Below are positions 26,241 to 37,899 of a stretch of 64,000 nucleotides of DNA, in pieces. The translations under genes were made by a program, and so were the position numbers. The stretch covers positions 21,266,001-21,330,000 of the forward strand of contig JBHGNT010000006.1 of assembly GCA_043228905.1 (NCBI GenBank), given 5' to 3'. Source of the DNA: Azolla caroliniana (lineage: Eukaryota; Plantae; Polypodiophyta). Position 1 is the stretch's first letter, and each line of letters opens with the position of its first letter. Under the pieces are notes generated by a model, which saw only the letters and a program-made list of their open reading frames with translations, searched no databases and was not told the DNA's origin.

Positions 26241-26462
26241 TAGTACGTGGTGGGCTCGGTCATCTTCTCCACAACATCTAGGTGCTCAACAGTGTTGCTA
26301 TGATCTATAGAATGCACCAAAAGCAACAATATAATAGGGTTGTTATGAGCTAAATCATTGTTTTCAAAGTCTGGCTTTTGACGTTTACCTGGGAGTGTGA
26401 TAAATTCGTCTTCACGATCAGGTTTTGAACTCGTATATCCGTCACCAAATATCATTTCGTCA

Positions 26463-26924
26463 TCAGCTAGCAACACAAGTACATGGTATTAGACAATGGA
26501 TTAGGTTGACAACGCTCCTGACAGGTGAGAACTTATATGACTCACCATTGCATTCAACTTTCCTTTTCTTGCCGTTTCCATACAACATTCTTGCAGCATT
26601 TCTCTTCTTACTGAGCTCTATTTCTAAAGACACATCATTTCTCTTCTTAGTGGGCTCTATTTCAAATTGTTGACCGGAGCTTGGGGAATTTGTTTGTAGA
26701 AGCATATGTTCCACTGCTCCAATGGCCCTTCTCATACATTCATCCTCATCATAAAAATCATAGGTTATTGGTAATGATGGTCCCTGAACCTTGGAATGTG
26801 CGGCAGATATTGAGGGTTTAGGCACAGGGGCTGGTAGTTCCATGACCTTCCCTGGCGTGGAGTTGCTTGACACTACGACATTCATTGCAAGAAACAAAAA
26901 AACGTTGAACGTTAGTACCATCAT
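26463..26924 (-). CDS. Probable downstream exon of the RING gene, unknown function
   Basis: 153-codon ORF beginning right after a TATTTTAG acceptor; exact exon limits uncertain. Confidence 0.45.
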   Translation of the reverse strand: MMVLTFNVFLFLAMNVVVSSNSTPGKVMELPAPVPKPSISAAHSKVQGPSLPITYDFYDEDECMRRAIGAVEHMLLQTNSPSSGQQFEIEPTKKRNDVSLEIELSKKRNAARMLYGNGKKRKVECNGESYKFSPVRSVVNLIHCLIPCTCVAS

Positions 26925-26944
26925 CTAAAATATACAATGTAGGT

Positions 26945-28130
26945 CACAATGTACTCCTCACATAGTTCCTAATTTACTGAACTAGTACTAATAAGGAACA
27001 ATGTACTGCTCACTTAGTTCCCAATTTACACAAGTAGTACTAATCATGCACAATATACACAAGTAGTACTAATCATGCAGAATATACTACTCACTTAATT
27101 ACCATGTTACACAAGGAGTACTAATCCCGAACAATGTACCACTGTACTAATCATGAACAATGTACTACTCACTTGTTTCCTAAATTAGTGGACTAGTACT
27201 TATAAGGAACAATGTACTGCTCACTTAGTTCGCAAATTACACAAATAGTACTAATCATGCACAATATACACAAGTAGTACTAATCATGCACAAGTACTAA
27301 TCCCGAAAAATGCACCACTGACTTTGTCAAATTTATAAGTAGTACTAATCTTGAACAATGTACTACTCACTTATTTCCTAAATCACTGAACTAGTACTAA
27401 TCCCGAACAATGTACTGCTCACTTAGTTCCCAAATTACACAAATAGTACTAATCATGCACAATATACTACTCACTTAGTTACCAATTTACACAAATAAGG
27501 TACAAATCTAGTACTAATAGGGAACAAAGTACTACTCAGTTCCCAAATTACAAAACTAGTACTAATCATGAGCAATGTACTACTCACTTAGTTACAAAAC
27601 TATTACTAATCATGAGCAATGTACTAGAAACTTAGTTCACAAAGTACAAAACTAGTACTAATCATGAACAATGTAGTAATTACTAAGTACTAATCCAACA
27701 AATGTAGATTGGTATTTTGCACACAAGTAATACTAAACGTGATATGTGTTCTACACACCTAGTTACATAACTTGTACTAATTACACCAACAGTATTGAAC
27801 TTGAACAGTATTAGTACTAAACGTGATATGTGTTTCACACACCTCATTTCCAAATTACAGAAACTGTACTATTATTCAGCAATTTAAGTGACACCTTGTT
27901 CCCAAATTACATTACTAGTACTAATTTCCAAGTTACACAAACAATACTAACAGTCAACAGTGTACTATAAGTATAGTGTTTACTAAACTAATACTAGGCA
28001 AGTTACAATATAGATTGGACGATGTTGTACCTGGTTCCCTTTTAGTACTACTAATTCTGGAAAATATCCCTTCAACTAACTACACATACCAATTATATAT
28101 TAAGAGTACTGCCAATACTATCCCATTGTT
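26945..28130. repeat. Degenerate ~50-bp tandem array rich in (T)AGTACT(AAT), intronic
   Basis: About 20 AGTACT palindromes in units like ctagtactaatcatgaacaatgtactactcacttagttcccaaattacac. Confidence 0.9.
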
Positions 28131-28260
28131 GTTAGAGATACACTAATACTAATCCATTGTTCTCCTAAATTTTAAGTATGAATTGTGGCATACACTAGTT
28201 CTAGTCCAAATGATAATTGACATTATATAATACAAACAATAGAATAGTAGAGCCACATAC

Positions 28261-28445
28261 CGTACGGGTGTACTTTTAAACCCCAAGCATAGTACCACTC
28301 AGCCGCAATTGTAGTTTTACAGTCCATACATGTATTCTCTTTCTCAAAATGATACTTAGCACATAGCACATGATATGTGTGCAAGCATGGTGTAATCACA
28401 ACATCCATAGCCTCCAGCTTGAATCCGAGGCCACAAAATATACAC
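28261..28445 (-). CDS. RING-H2 finger exon
   Basis: CIFC...PCLHTYHVLC...CMDC (C3H2C3); ttccAG acceptor and GTATGT donor; joins the upstream exon in frame. Confidence 0.8.
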
Positions 28446-28535
28446 CTGGAAGATTGCAAACACAAGTTATAATATATTAGCTGCTCACTTATTTATACCA
28501 TAAAAGTAGAAATAAATAACTTTTAAAGCTAATAC

Positions 28536-29602
28536 CGTGATATAGCTATACTAGTAATGGTACTTTCTATACCACTTGGGTGCTCAATTACAGATGGACA
28601 CAAAGTATCAAAACCATTATGTTTTAAATCCTGCATCAAGCATGCAAGGTTCTCAGAATGCAACTTTAAGGCTGACAACTTATTATCTATTTCTTCATGT
28701 GCATTCCTGCAAGTATCAAGGTCTGTCATCTGTGAATGTAATTGAGCACCCATATTGTTCAGCTCTTTCTTCAACTCCTCTTTCAACACCTCACTTTCTG
28801 AATTTTGGATTGTCGATGCAATCCATTCATATGTAGTCTTTATTGAAGAAAATTTCTTTTCTGCCTGTATCTCAGCTGATTTAACTGCTTCCAAATCAGC
28901 AAGTAGTGCTTGTATTCTTGAGCTCATAGAAGCTATGCAACCAGCCATCATCTGTTCATGTTTTTCAGTCATTGTGGCCCGTACCTTTGCCTCTAGAACT
29001 TGTTGGACAGGTGTTGTAGCTGGAATATCCACATGAGAGGTTCCAGATGACTTCAAGCCAGTGTTGGTACTGGAGGACCCTTTGTAATGTTCTGACCGGT
29101 GCCGATTAAAATCTTCCCAATTAACGTCGATGCCACCTTGAACTTCACATGCAAAAGCACGTGCAAAAACAGTACCCACCTCATTGTTAGTGATTTGATT
29201 TGTATCATAAACATGTTCGTATCTCGTCTTCAATAAATTGATGTATTCCCTCTTCAAACCACTCATGTGGAATCCTCGCCTTGTGTCGGGATGTGCTGAC
29301 CCCCAGGTTTTTAACAACCACTCTCTCAGCTCTGGGTAAACGTCAGGTCGTGCCCGAAGGAAATAATTCCATCCAAGAGGTGTGTCTCGACTGATGGACT
29401 GGTACTGCCAGGTCTTCTTTCTCTGTGTTGATAAATTCATCACCCTTTCTCTTGTGGGTGTCTTCTTGCTTTCTTTCATGGGTGTCCTTCTTCCTTCCTT
29501 CACTGGTGTCTTCACTTTCTCTTTCATCAATGTCTTCTTTATGGGTGTCCTTCTCGTCATTTTCCTAGTCAACACAATTCTCATCAACACATAGCAAATC
29601 AA
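28536..29602 (-). CDS. Large exon of the RING gene: basic repeat N-terminus, unknown central domain, coiled coil
   Basis: 357-codon uninterrupted ORF ending at donor CG|GTATTAG; 90-bp intron 28446-28535; true start uncertain. Confidence 0.7.
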
Positions 29603-30289
29603 TTACCATCAACACATCGCAATTACCATCAACACATAGCAAATCATCACATTGCATGTACAAACCACATGTACAAACCACATAGCAAATCATCACATTG
29701 CAAATCAACACACAATAACCCTAAATAGTCAAACACACAGAAAATAAAACTCATCCATGTCAAACACACAGAAAATAAAAACAGACGAATAGGAAAGTCA
29801 AAGAAAACGAAAACTTTGTAAATCATCATAACCAACTCCATCACATCGCATGTACAAGCCATGTCCAACATACAAAAACCCAAAATAGTAGGAAAAAAAC
29901 TCATCCATGCCAAACTCACACAAAATAAAAACAGATGGACATGAAACATTAACAAAACAAAAACATAGCAACTCATCATAGCCAACTCCATTTTGGCCAC
30001 ATGTACAAACATGTCTAACACACAACCACATCGAACAAAATATTGTGATACATTTTTAAAAGAAACACAGAGAAACACAGAGAAAACAAAAACATACCAG
30101 TTGGGCATGCAACACATAGACTATGAATAATCAAAACCTACAAATGGTCATACACATACAAATAAAAAACAGACAGAGAGGAAACATTCAGAAAAAGAAT
30201 ACATACCAGTTGGGCATGCAACATAGAGAATACCTGGAGGTCGCTAAACTTGCAGAGGTACCACACCGTCTTGATTTCGATACCTTGGG

Positions 30290-30693
30290 AGACAAACGAG
30301 AAAACTTCAGGATGACAAACGAGCAAAACGTCAGAGGCTGCTGCAGAGGAGACAAACGAGCAAACTTCAGAGGCTGCTGCAGAGGAGACAAACTTCAGAG
30401 GCTGCTGCAGAGGCTGCTGCGTATACAGAGTTCAGAGATCGAACCTGGCACAGAGGGGAACACAAGAACAACAACAACGGGGAAACAGAGAATCGAAGGT
30501 GGAGTGAGAGAGAGAAACAGAAAGAAAGAAAGAAAGAGACCTTCGAAGGTGGAGTGAGAGACAGAGAGAAACAGACCTTCGAAGGTGTCTGTCTGACAAC
30601 TTCGAGGTAGAAGAGAGAGAGAGAGAGACAGAGAGTGAGTGAGAGACAAAGAGAAACAGACCCTCGACGGTGTCTGTCTGACAACTTCGAGAC

Positions 30694-30743
<50 letters not shown>

Positions 30744-30832
30744 CAGACAGACAGAGAGACAGAGAGACAGAGAGTGAGTGAGAGACAGAGAGAAACAGAC
30801 CTTCGAAGGTGTCTGTCTGACAACTTCGAGAC

Positions 30833-30872
<40 letters not shown>

Positions 30873-30885
30873 GAGAGAGAGACAT
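30290..30885. repeat. Subterminal repeats: CAGAGGCTGCTG units and ACCTTCGAAGGT palindromes among GA microsatellites
   Basis: Directly visible repeated units. Confidence 0.85.
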
Positions 30886-31198
30886 ACCAACTGACACGTT
30901 CGACTACCAATACCAGAGAGAGAGAGATTGACACTGACCACCTGTCACAATGGAAACCTTCTCCAGGTGTGCTTTCGTACAACTCTACCTAGGAGACTGG
31001 GGCAACACTTAATGCATTAAATATGGCCTAGGGACATTCGAGTGTGACGTATAATATCTTTGAACATTCGAGTGTGACGTAATGAATTTGTTTTTGGTTT
31101 TTTGAAATTTATTTACAATTTTTAATGTTTCTTTTCTTCTTCGATTTAGTACTAAATTTTTGGCCAAAAGTTGGTACACCGTAGCATGCTTCGACCCG

Positions 31199-32544
31199 GG
31201 TAAGGCCGCCGCCTAGTGGCGTGGGCTCCGTACTTTGGGGAAATTGCCCGATACCTGGACAGATTTTGTCACAGTTTTGAAGGGCCAATTTCTGCAACCT
31301 CCCTCTCGAACCGAGGAAGCTCAAGCTTTAATGAACCTCTCTAGCAGAAAGTTTTCCTCACTAACAGACTATGTCCACCATACTAGAACCCAAATCCAAA
31401 AATCCGGTCTAGAAGGGGACAATTGGTTAATAGCTTGTTTTGTCAATGGCATCCCCAATTCAGACTATCACTGGATAGTGCACGATAAGGATCCAAAATC
31501 CTTTGAAGAGGCCGTTGAAATAGTTCTTCGCTATCAACGCACTTCAAAGAAGGACCACAACAAACCCAACGAAGAGCCTGGGACTAAGCAGTCACAATTC
31601 ACTAGGAAACGCAAGACACCCAACGAATTTATGGATCACGATTGTAAGCGACAACATCCTTTTTGCGTATTCTGCAAAAAGAAGGGTCATACCAAAGAGC
31701 AATGTCAAAATCTCCAACGAAAAAAGCACAACAAAGCTAAAGTTGCAGACCATAAAGGTCAGATTCCTAATGTCCTTCAGGTCTATACACATCATTTAAG
31801 TAATTGTCAATGTTCTTTCCCTCATTATGTATTGGGTCCCAATGATTTACTACGTGCAAACAGGTATATCAATGGATCTCTCGTACAATTTTTGTTTGAT
31901 TTGGGAAGCTCACACAATTTTGTGAATGATCGTTTGGTTCAGATATGGGGAATCCAACCCACCATAAGTGATCACACCTATACGGTGCACTTGGCTGATG
32001 GAAGAGTACAATACATCAACGGGGCGATTCATTCATTGGGAATTTCTATTAATACTTATATAGAGGAAGTAGACTTCCATGTAATGAATCTTTGTACCAC
32101 TGATGTAATCCTGGGTTATCCCTGGTTCTATAATAAAAACTCTTCTTTATCTATTGATTGGGTTCATCATTCAATTACATTTGTACTAAACGACTGTACT
32201 CATTTTATTCAATGTGTAAAAAACAATCCCTCTCGATTGTTTCCTCTCCATCAATATCCGAGTTGTCTTGTTCTACTCTATTTTATTGTGTACTTGATCT
32301 GGACATTCATGTTTACAATATCAATAATGTCTCGGTTCAATTAGCATATTTTGAACAACAACAACTTGATGAAATCTTAAATGATTTTCGTGATGGTTTT
32401 CTGAGTGAACTACCAGATGGGTTACCTCCTAAACGTAATATAGACCATCGTATAGATATTGTACCTAGCGTTGCATCAATAAGTATACCTCCTTACCGCT
32501 TAAGTTGATCCGAAGAGGATGAGGTATCTAATCAACTCAAGGAT
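31199..32544 (+). pseudogene. G gag C-terminus, protease and RT start
   Basis: CVFCKKKGHTKEQC, FLFDLGSSHNFV, DVILGYPW, LPPKRNIDHRI...PPYRLS. Confidence 0.9.
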
Positions 32545-35062
32545 TGTTACCCGTAGGAGTTGTACGGGGCGACATAAGGGTAAAACACGTTGAAGGGGTT
32601 GTTCGGTATGTGTAATATGTATATGAATGTGTGAGGATGAGTATGTGTGAGCACATTCACAATTATGTGCTTGTGACAAGAGTGTAACGGTCGTCTCTTT
32701 TGTAACAGTTATTATTTACCGTTACATTTTGTATTTTATATAAACCCCTATGGGGCATGTAATGAAGAGAGTTTTTTCCCCTCTCATTTGGTGTCATTTC
32801 CTATTTTTCTTTCTCTCTTGCTCTCTCTCTAACTTAACCCCCATGGGAGGGGGGTGAAGCCATTCTAGGTTTTACCCCCCACCCCAACAACACTTTTGGC
32901 ATGCCCAAACGGACGACCCTCCTTTGAGAGGAGGTCACTCCCTCCCTCACTGCATCTCTGCGTTTTTGAATATGTGTGTGTGTGTCTCTCTCTCCATCTG
33001 CCTTGTTCTACTATTTGTTGGTATTTGCAGTCATGGGGAAGGAGAAGATACATATAAGAGATGTTGCTTTTGGCCATGGCTGACGCGGGAAAGTCCACAA
33101 CAACTGGCCATGGTAACAGCAACAATCGTGTGATTGAGAGGAACTATCTCTCTCTCTCTCTCTTTGTGTCTTTCTGTTGTAGGATGCACTCCCCCTCTCT
33201 CACTTTCCCTCTCCATCACTAATCTCTCTCTCTTTCCCTCTCTTCGTGTCTGCCAATCTTTGTGTTAAAAGAGTGTGGTTTTGTGCGTGTACTATTTGTG
33301 TGGGAGCCAGCCAGCAATGGAGATCTCAACACTACCTATGAAGCTTGACAAGCAAAAGAAATGGTAGGAATCACAGTCTCGATATGGAGTATGCCTTGAG
33401 AAGACGATTAGAGACACTATGCAACAATGTATATAACATACAAGGAACAAGCAAGAATAAACCAAGATGCATGTACTGCTTTGGTTGCAAGACTTGAGTC
33501 TCAAAGAAAGATTTGTGATCTAGCTGAGGAGAAGCTGAAGGGACTGACAAAAGAAGCACTCAAAATTGTTGTAGAGAATTGGCTTCAGGTTCTATTACAC
33601 AACCCTTAGGAGATAGAGAGATGTCATATTGAAAATCATCAGAGTATGAAGACATGGGACCATGAGTTTCTCGTGAAGAAAGGGAATACTGTCAATGGGA
33701 TTCTCAAGAAACTCAGATTTAGCCAAGAAGAGCTGGTGAGATGAGAGGAACGGTACGCTCTACCACAAGAAAGATCTAGACACAGGCGCCAACAACATAT
33801 GGTCAGTGCAAGTGCATCCCCGACCACCACATTAGGCACCAAATCATCTTACTTGGCAAGTCATTACGAGAAGCAGAGGCCAGTATCTTGTGAGAGGAGC
33901 ATTGCAATGAAGCCTCAAGGTGCTCTTCATAATCAACAGATGAGGCAACAACCAATGCAAAGGCATGAAGAATCTTCCATGGCCACAATACTTTCTAGGA
34001 AGAGGTCGATGAGTGGTGTTGGGGGGACAATTGACGTCCATCTAATAGAGCCATTTGGCGGCAACGGAGACAGCCGAACGACCGGCCGATATAGAGTGGG
34101 CCAGTGGGCAGGCAACCGACAGAGATAGCGGCGGCCAGACAGAAACGACCGGTGAAAGGCGAAGAAGCTGATGGTGACAGCGACGGCGAATAGAGACATC
34201 GGCCGATAGCCGCCTCCGACGATGACCGACGAACGGCAACAGCTGGCGGACGACAACAGAGACATCCCAAGGAGAGGAACCGAAGAAGAGGAATATTGCG
34301 GATGATTCCGACAGAGACAATGGCGGAGATGGTTGGAATGGCCAACCAACCGATGGTCGGACAGTGGTTGCAGCTGCAACGGTCAGACTTACCAGAATGG
34401 CTGAACAACGGCCAGAGTGGCGGCAATTGAACAAAGGCGATTGTAGAAACAGTGGCTGAATGACGACGGGGATTTGCCGGACAGTGGCCGACAACAGCCG
34501 AGTGGTGATTGACCAATGGCAATTGCCCAAACAACGGCTGAGTGGCGGCGATGAATGGTCGAGAGCATGGCTGAGAGCACAACCAAGAAGACAACCGAGA
34601 TGCGCGGCCGAGAAATGTGCCCAAGAGTACGGCCAATATGCGTGGCCGAGAGTACAGCCAAGAGAGGCACCGCCGAGACGCGTGGCCGAGAAGACGGCCG
34701 AGACACGCAGTCGAGAGTATGGCGGGGACCCACGGTCAAGAGTACGGCCAAGATGAGACGCGCGACCGAGAGGCGCGGTTGAAAATACGGCCGAGACGAT
34801 GGCCAAGACGCGTGCTCGAGAGTACAGCCGAGAGGATGGCCGAGATGCGCGCTCGAGAGTACGGACGAGACGCGTGACCAAGAGAAGGGCCGAGTGACGG
34901 CCACGAAGACACAAACAGAGATGAAAACAGAAAGCAGAAGAAGAGAAGAACGTAGAAGAAGAAAAGAAAGAAGAAAAAGAGGAGACATAAGGAAACGAAG
35001 AAAGAGAAGAGGGGTATGAAGAGAAAATTTCAGAAATATAAGGGCAGAGAAGATGAAATTTC
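32545..35062 (+). mobile_element. Element K: 3'-truncated LTR element with tRNA-Arg-like PBS (Tat-like)
   Basis: LTR TGTTACC...CAACA 32545-32892, PBS TGGCATGCCCA at 32897, decayed coding-like region, GGCCGAG-rich repeats; no second LTR. Confidence 0.6.
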
Positions 35063-37209
35063 AAAAGAAAGAGGGCACATGACGTATGTGTATTAATTAC
35101 TGACGCTTGAATAAAGTGACGATCAAGAATTCGTATCCATTGCCCTGAGCTAACGATCTAATTGACCGTCTCCAGGGAGCTCGGTATTTTACGAAACTTG
35201 ATCTCCGTACTGGCTACCATTAAATTTGTATAAGTGAGGACGATGTTCCTAAAATGGCATTTCGTACGCGCTATGGCCATTATGAGTTTTTGGTTATGCC
35301 TTTTGGTTTGACCAATGCTCTAGCTACATTTCAACAAGAAATGAATGACATTTTCTGAGAACAACTTGGAAAATTTGTCGTTATTTTCTTGGATGATATT
35401 TTAGTTTATAGCCATACATTACAAGAACATGCTAAACATGTCAGCTTTGTTTTACAAACATTGCGTGACAAACAGTTTTATGCGAAGATCTCAAAATGTG
35501 AGTTCTTCAAGAAATCAATTACTTATCTTGAACATCTCATAACTGAACGAGGAGCTGAAATTGATCCTTCTCGCATCGAGAAAATCAAGCTTTGGCCCAC
35601 TCTTCGGAATATTCGAGAAGTTCGATCATTCCTTGGTTTTGTCAGGTTTTTGCGAAAATCTCTTCATAATTACTCCCAATTGACGATGCCATTTATAGAT
35701 CTTCTAAAAGGTCAAACGCGTAAGTCTACAAAACTTATTGTCTGGAATGTTATACTAGACCTCGCCTTTAAGGAACTCAAGGACCTGGTGTGCAAGGTTC
35801 CTTCACTTCTTTTACCCGATCCTTGAAAACCTTCTGAGGTTGAAACTGATGCAAGAAATTATGCTATAGGTGCTATCTTATATCAAGATGGTAAACCAAT
35901 AGCATTCGAGAGTAAGAAACTTGATTATGCTCATTGTCGGTATACCGTTTAAGAAAAGGAATTATTTGCAGTTATACATGCGCTCAAAACATGGCGCCAT
36001 TATCTTTATGGAAATTGCTTTGTGGTAACTATGGACCACGAGTCCTTGAAATATTTTTGTGACCAACAAGACTTGAAAGGTCGTAAGGCACGATGAGTTG
36101 ATCTCATCCAGGACTTTGATTTTTCCATACGATATCGTAAAGGTTCCATGAACACTGTCGCTGATGCACTAAGTCGCATCGGTGAAGTTAACAAGCTTAA
36201 CTTCACTGAAATAACATCAGATCTTTATGATCACGTTCGAGGAAAGTATCCTAATGATAGTTATTTTGCGAAATACTGGGCAAGAGTTGAGTCTGGAACA
36301 GACACCACCACATCCTCGAAGGAATACTTCCACATTGCTTACGATCTGCTCTACCGTAATGGGAAGGTTTGTTTTCCAGATTTACCCAAGGTCAAAAAGA
36401 GGATTCTTTTTGAATGCCATGATGCACCCTGAGCAGGGTATCCTGGAATACATCGTACACTCGTTCTCATCTCCAGTCAATTTCATTGGCCTAAGATGCG
36501 TCCTGACATACATAACTATGTGACTAAATGTCACCAATGTCAGGTTAACAAAGCTGAGCGACTTAAAGCTGCAGGACTTTTACATCCCTTGGACATTCCC
36601 AATAATAAGTGAGAAAGTATATCCATGGATTTTATTGTTAGCCTTCCTCGCACCCAAAAAGGTCATGATGCCATCTGGGTTGAGGTTGACAGACCAACTA
36701 AAATGGCCAGATTTATTGCAGCTACTAAAACCATGGTAACAGCTCCTTAATTGGCTTACCAATTCGTTGACGAGTTATTTCATTTTTATGGGTTACCGAT
36801 GGATATCGTGACTGATCGAGATCCAAAGTTTACTAGTGACTTCTTGATGCAAGTCTTTAAGAAGTTAAAAACTACGTTGAGCATGCGCTCCACGGATCAT
36901 CCTCAATCCGATGGACAGATAGAACGAGTAAATCAAATTATTGAGGCCATGCTTCGAGCATATGTTGGTGCAAAACCAACAAAATGGGAATGTTATCTCC
37001 CAATTTTGGAGTTTTCTTATAACAACTCCAAGCATACGTCGACGGGATATAGTCCTTTTATGTTGATGTATGGTTTTCAGCCACGAGCCCCGATTGATGT
37101 TAATATACATCATGATGAGTTGCGAAGTACACAAAACTTTCTTCGGGATATGCAAGATATGTTGCATATTGCACGAGATAATATAAAAACAGCACAAGAT
37201 AGAGCGCGT
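35063..37209 (+). pseudogene. pol: G RT, RNase H and integrase
   Basis: [61 protein letters not shown]. Confidence 0.93.
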
Positions 37210-37899
37210 TGTCGTGAAGAAAACCGTCCACAAGCGGAATCGGTGCGCCGGAGCATAGGAACTGGCTCTTCATGCACGTACGCCTTGTGTTGTACATAGG
37301 AGAGAATTAGGGACATGGGAGATCCTAGGTAGGTAGATTCGGTAGGTAGGAAGTTAATAGGAAACGGCTCCCTTCTTGCCTATAAAAGGAGGGAGACGAG
37401 GAGGAGGAAGGGATCGCGGAATCAGAGAGGACGAAGTGCTGTCGGGCTGTAGGTCGAAGGCTCCTCTCTCTTCCATACTCTCCGTAGCTTCTTTCTGTGC
37501 AGGTTTCGTGAGGCTCGCGCTGCTCTGAGGAATGCCCGAGTGCTTTCGGCAGCACCTCCAACCTACTCCTTCCTTTTTGAGCGTTTGCGAACAGGCATCA
37601 ACATCTGTTCGCCGGCCTGTTCGGTTGTAACCGACTTCGTGTTTTTGTTGTTTGTCTCTGTTAATATATACTTACATACCGTTGTGCCTCTTTGTGTTGG
37701 TTTCCACGCTCGCGTCTTCGTGTCGAAGGGCCGTGTCCCTGTGGATCTATGCCCGCACGTAGTGGGTCCCTTCCCTTCTCCTTTCCCTATTGCTCTTCGG
37801 TACAAGAACCCCGAGGTCCCGCCTCATTCCACGCATCCGCGAGGAGTACCTCGACATCTTGGTGAACCCGACGTGAAGGAGGCGGCAGAAGAGCAGAAG

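Larger units (their letters stand above)
26241..31198 (-). mobile_element. Unclassified one-ended insertion (DNA-transposon-like) carrying a spliced RING-finger gene
   Basis: Interrupts G gag; right end has clustered palindromes and direct repeats; no matching left TIR or TSD seen; no transposase seen. Confidence 0.6.

Noticed and set aside
29647-30982. Hydrophobic or SL-repeat ORFs as membrane proteins
   Set aside because: Translations of A/C-rich repeats and GA microsatellites
33933-35064. 340-aa and overlapping minus-strand ORFs as genes
   Set aside because: Open in several frames because of GC-rich repeats; no recognisable domain
37540-37899. N-terminal extension of F gag, and the 43922-44605 ORF
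   Set aside because: Chance read-through from LTR sequence with non-ATG starts; gag homology begins at ATG 37900
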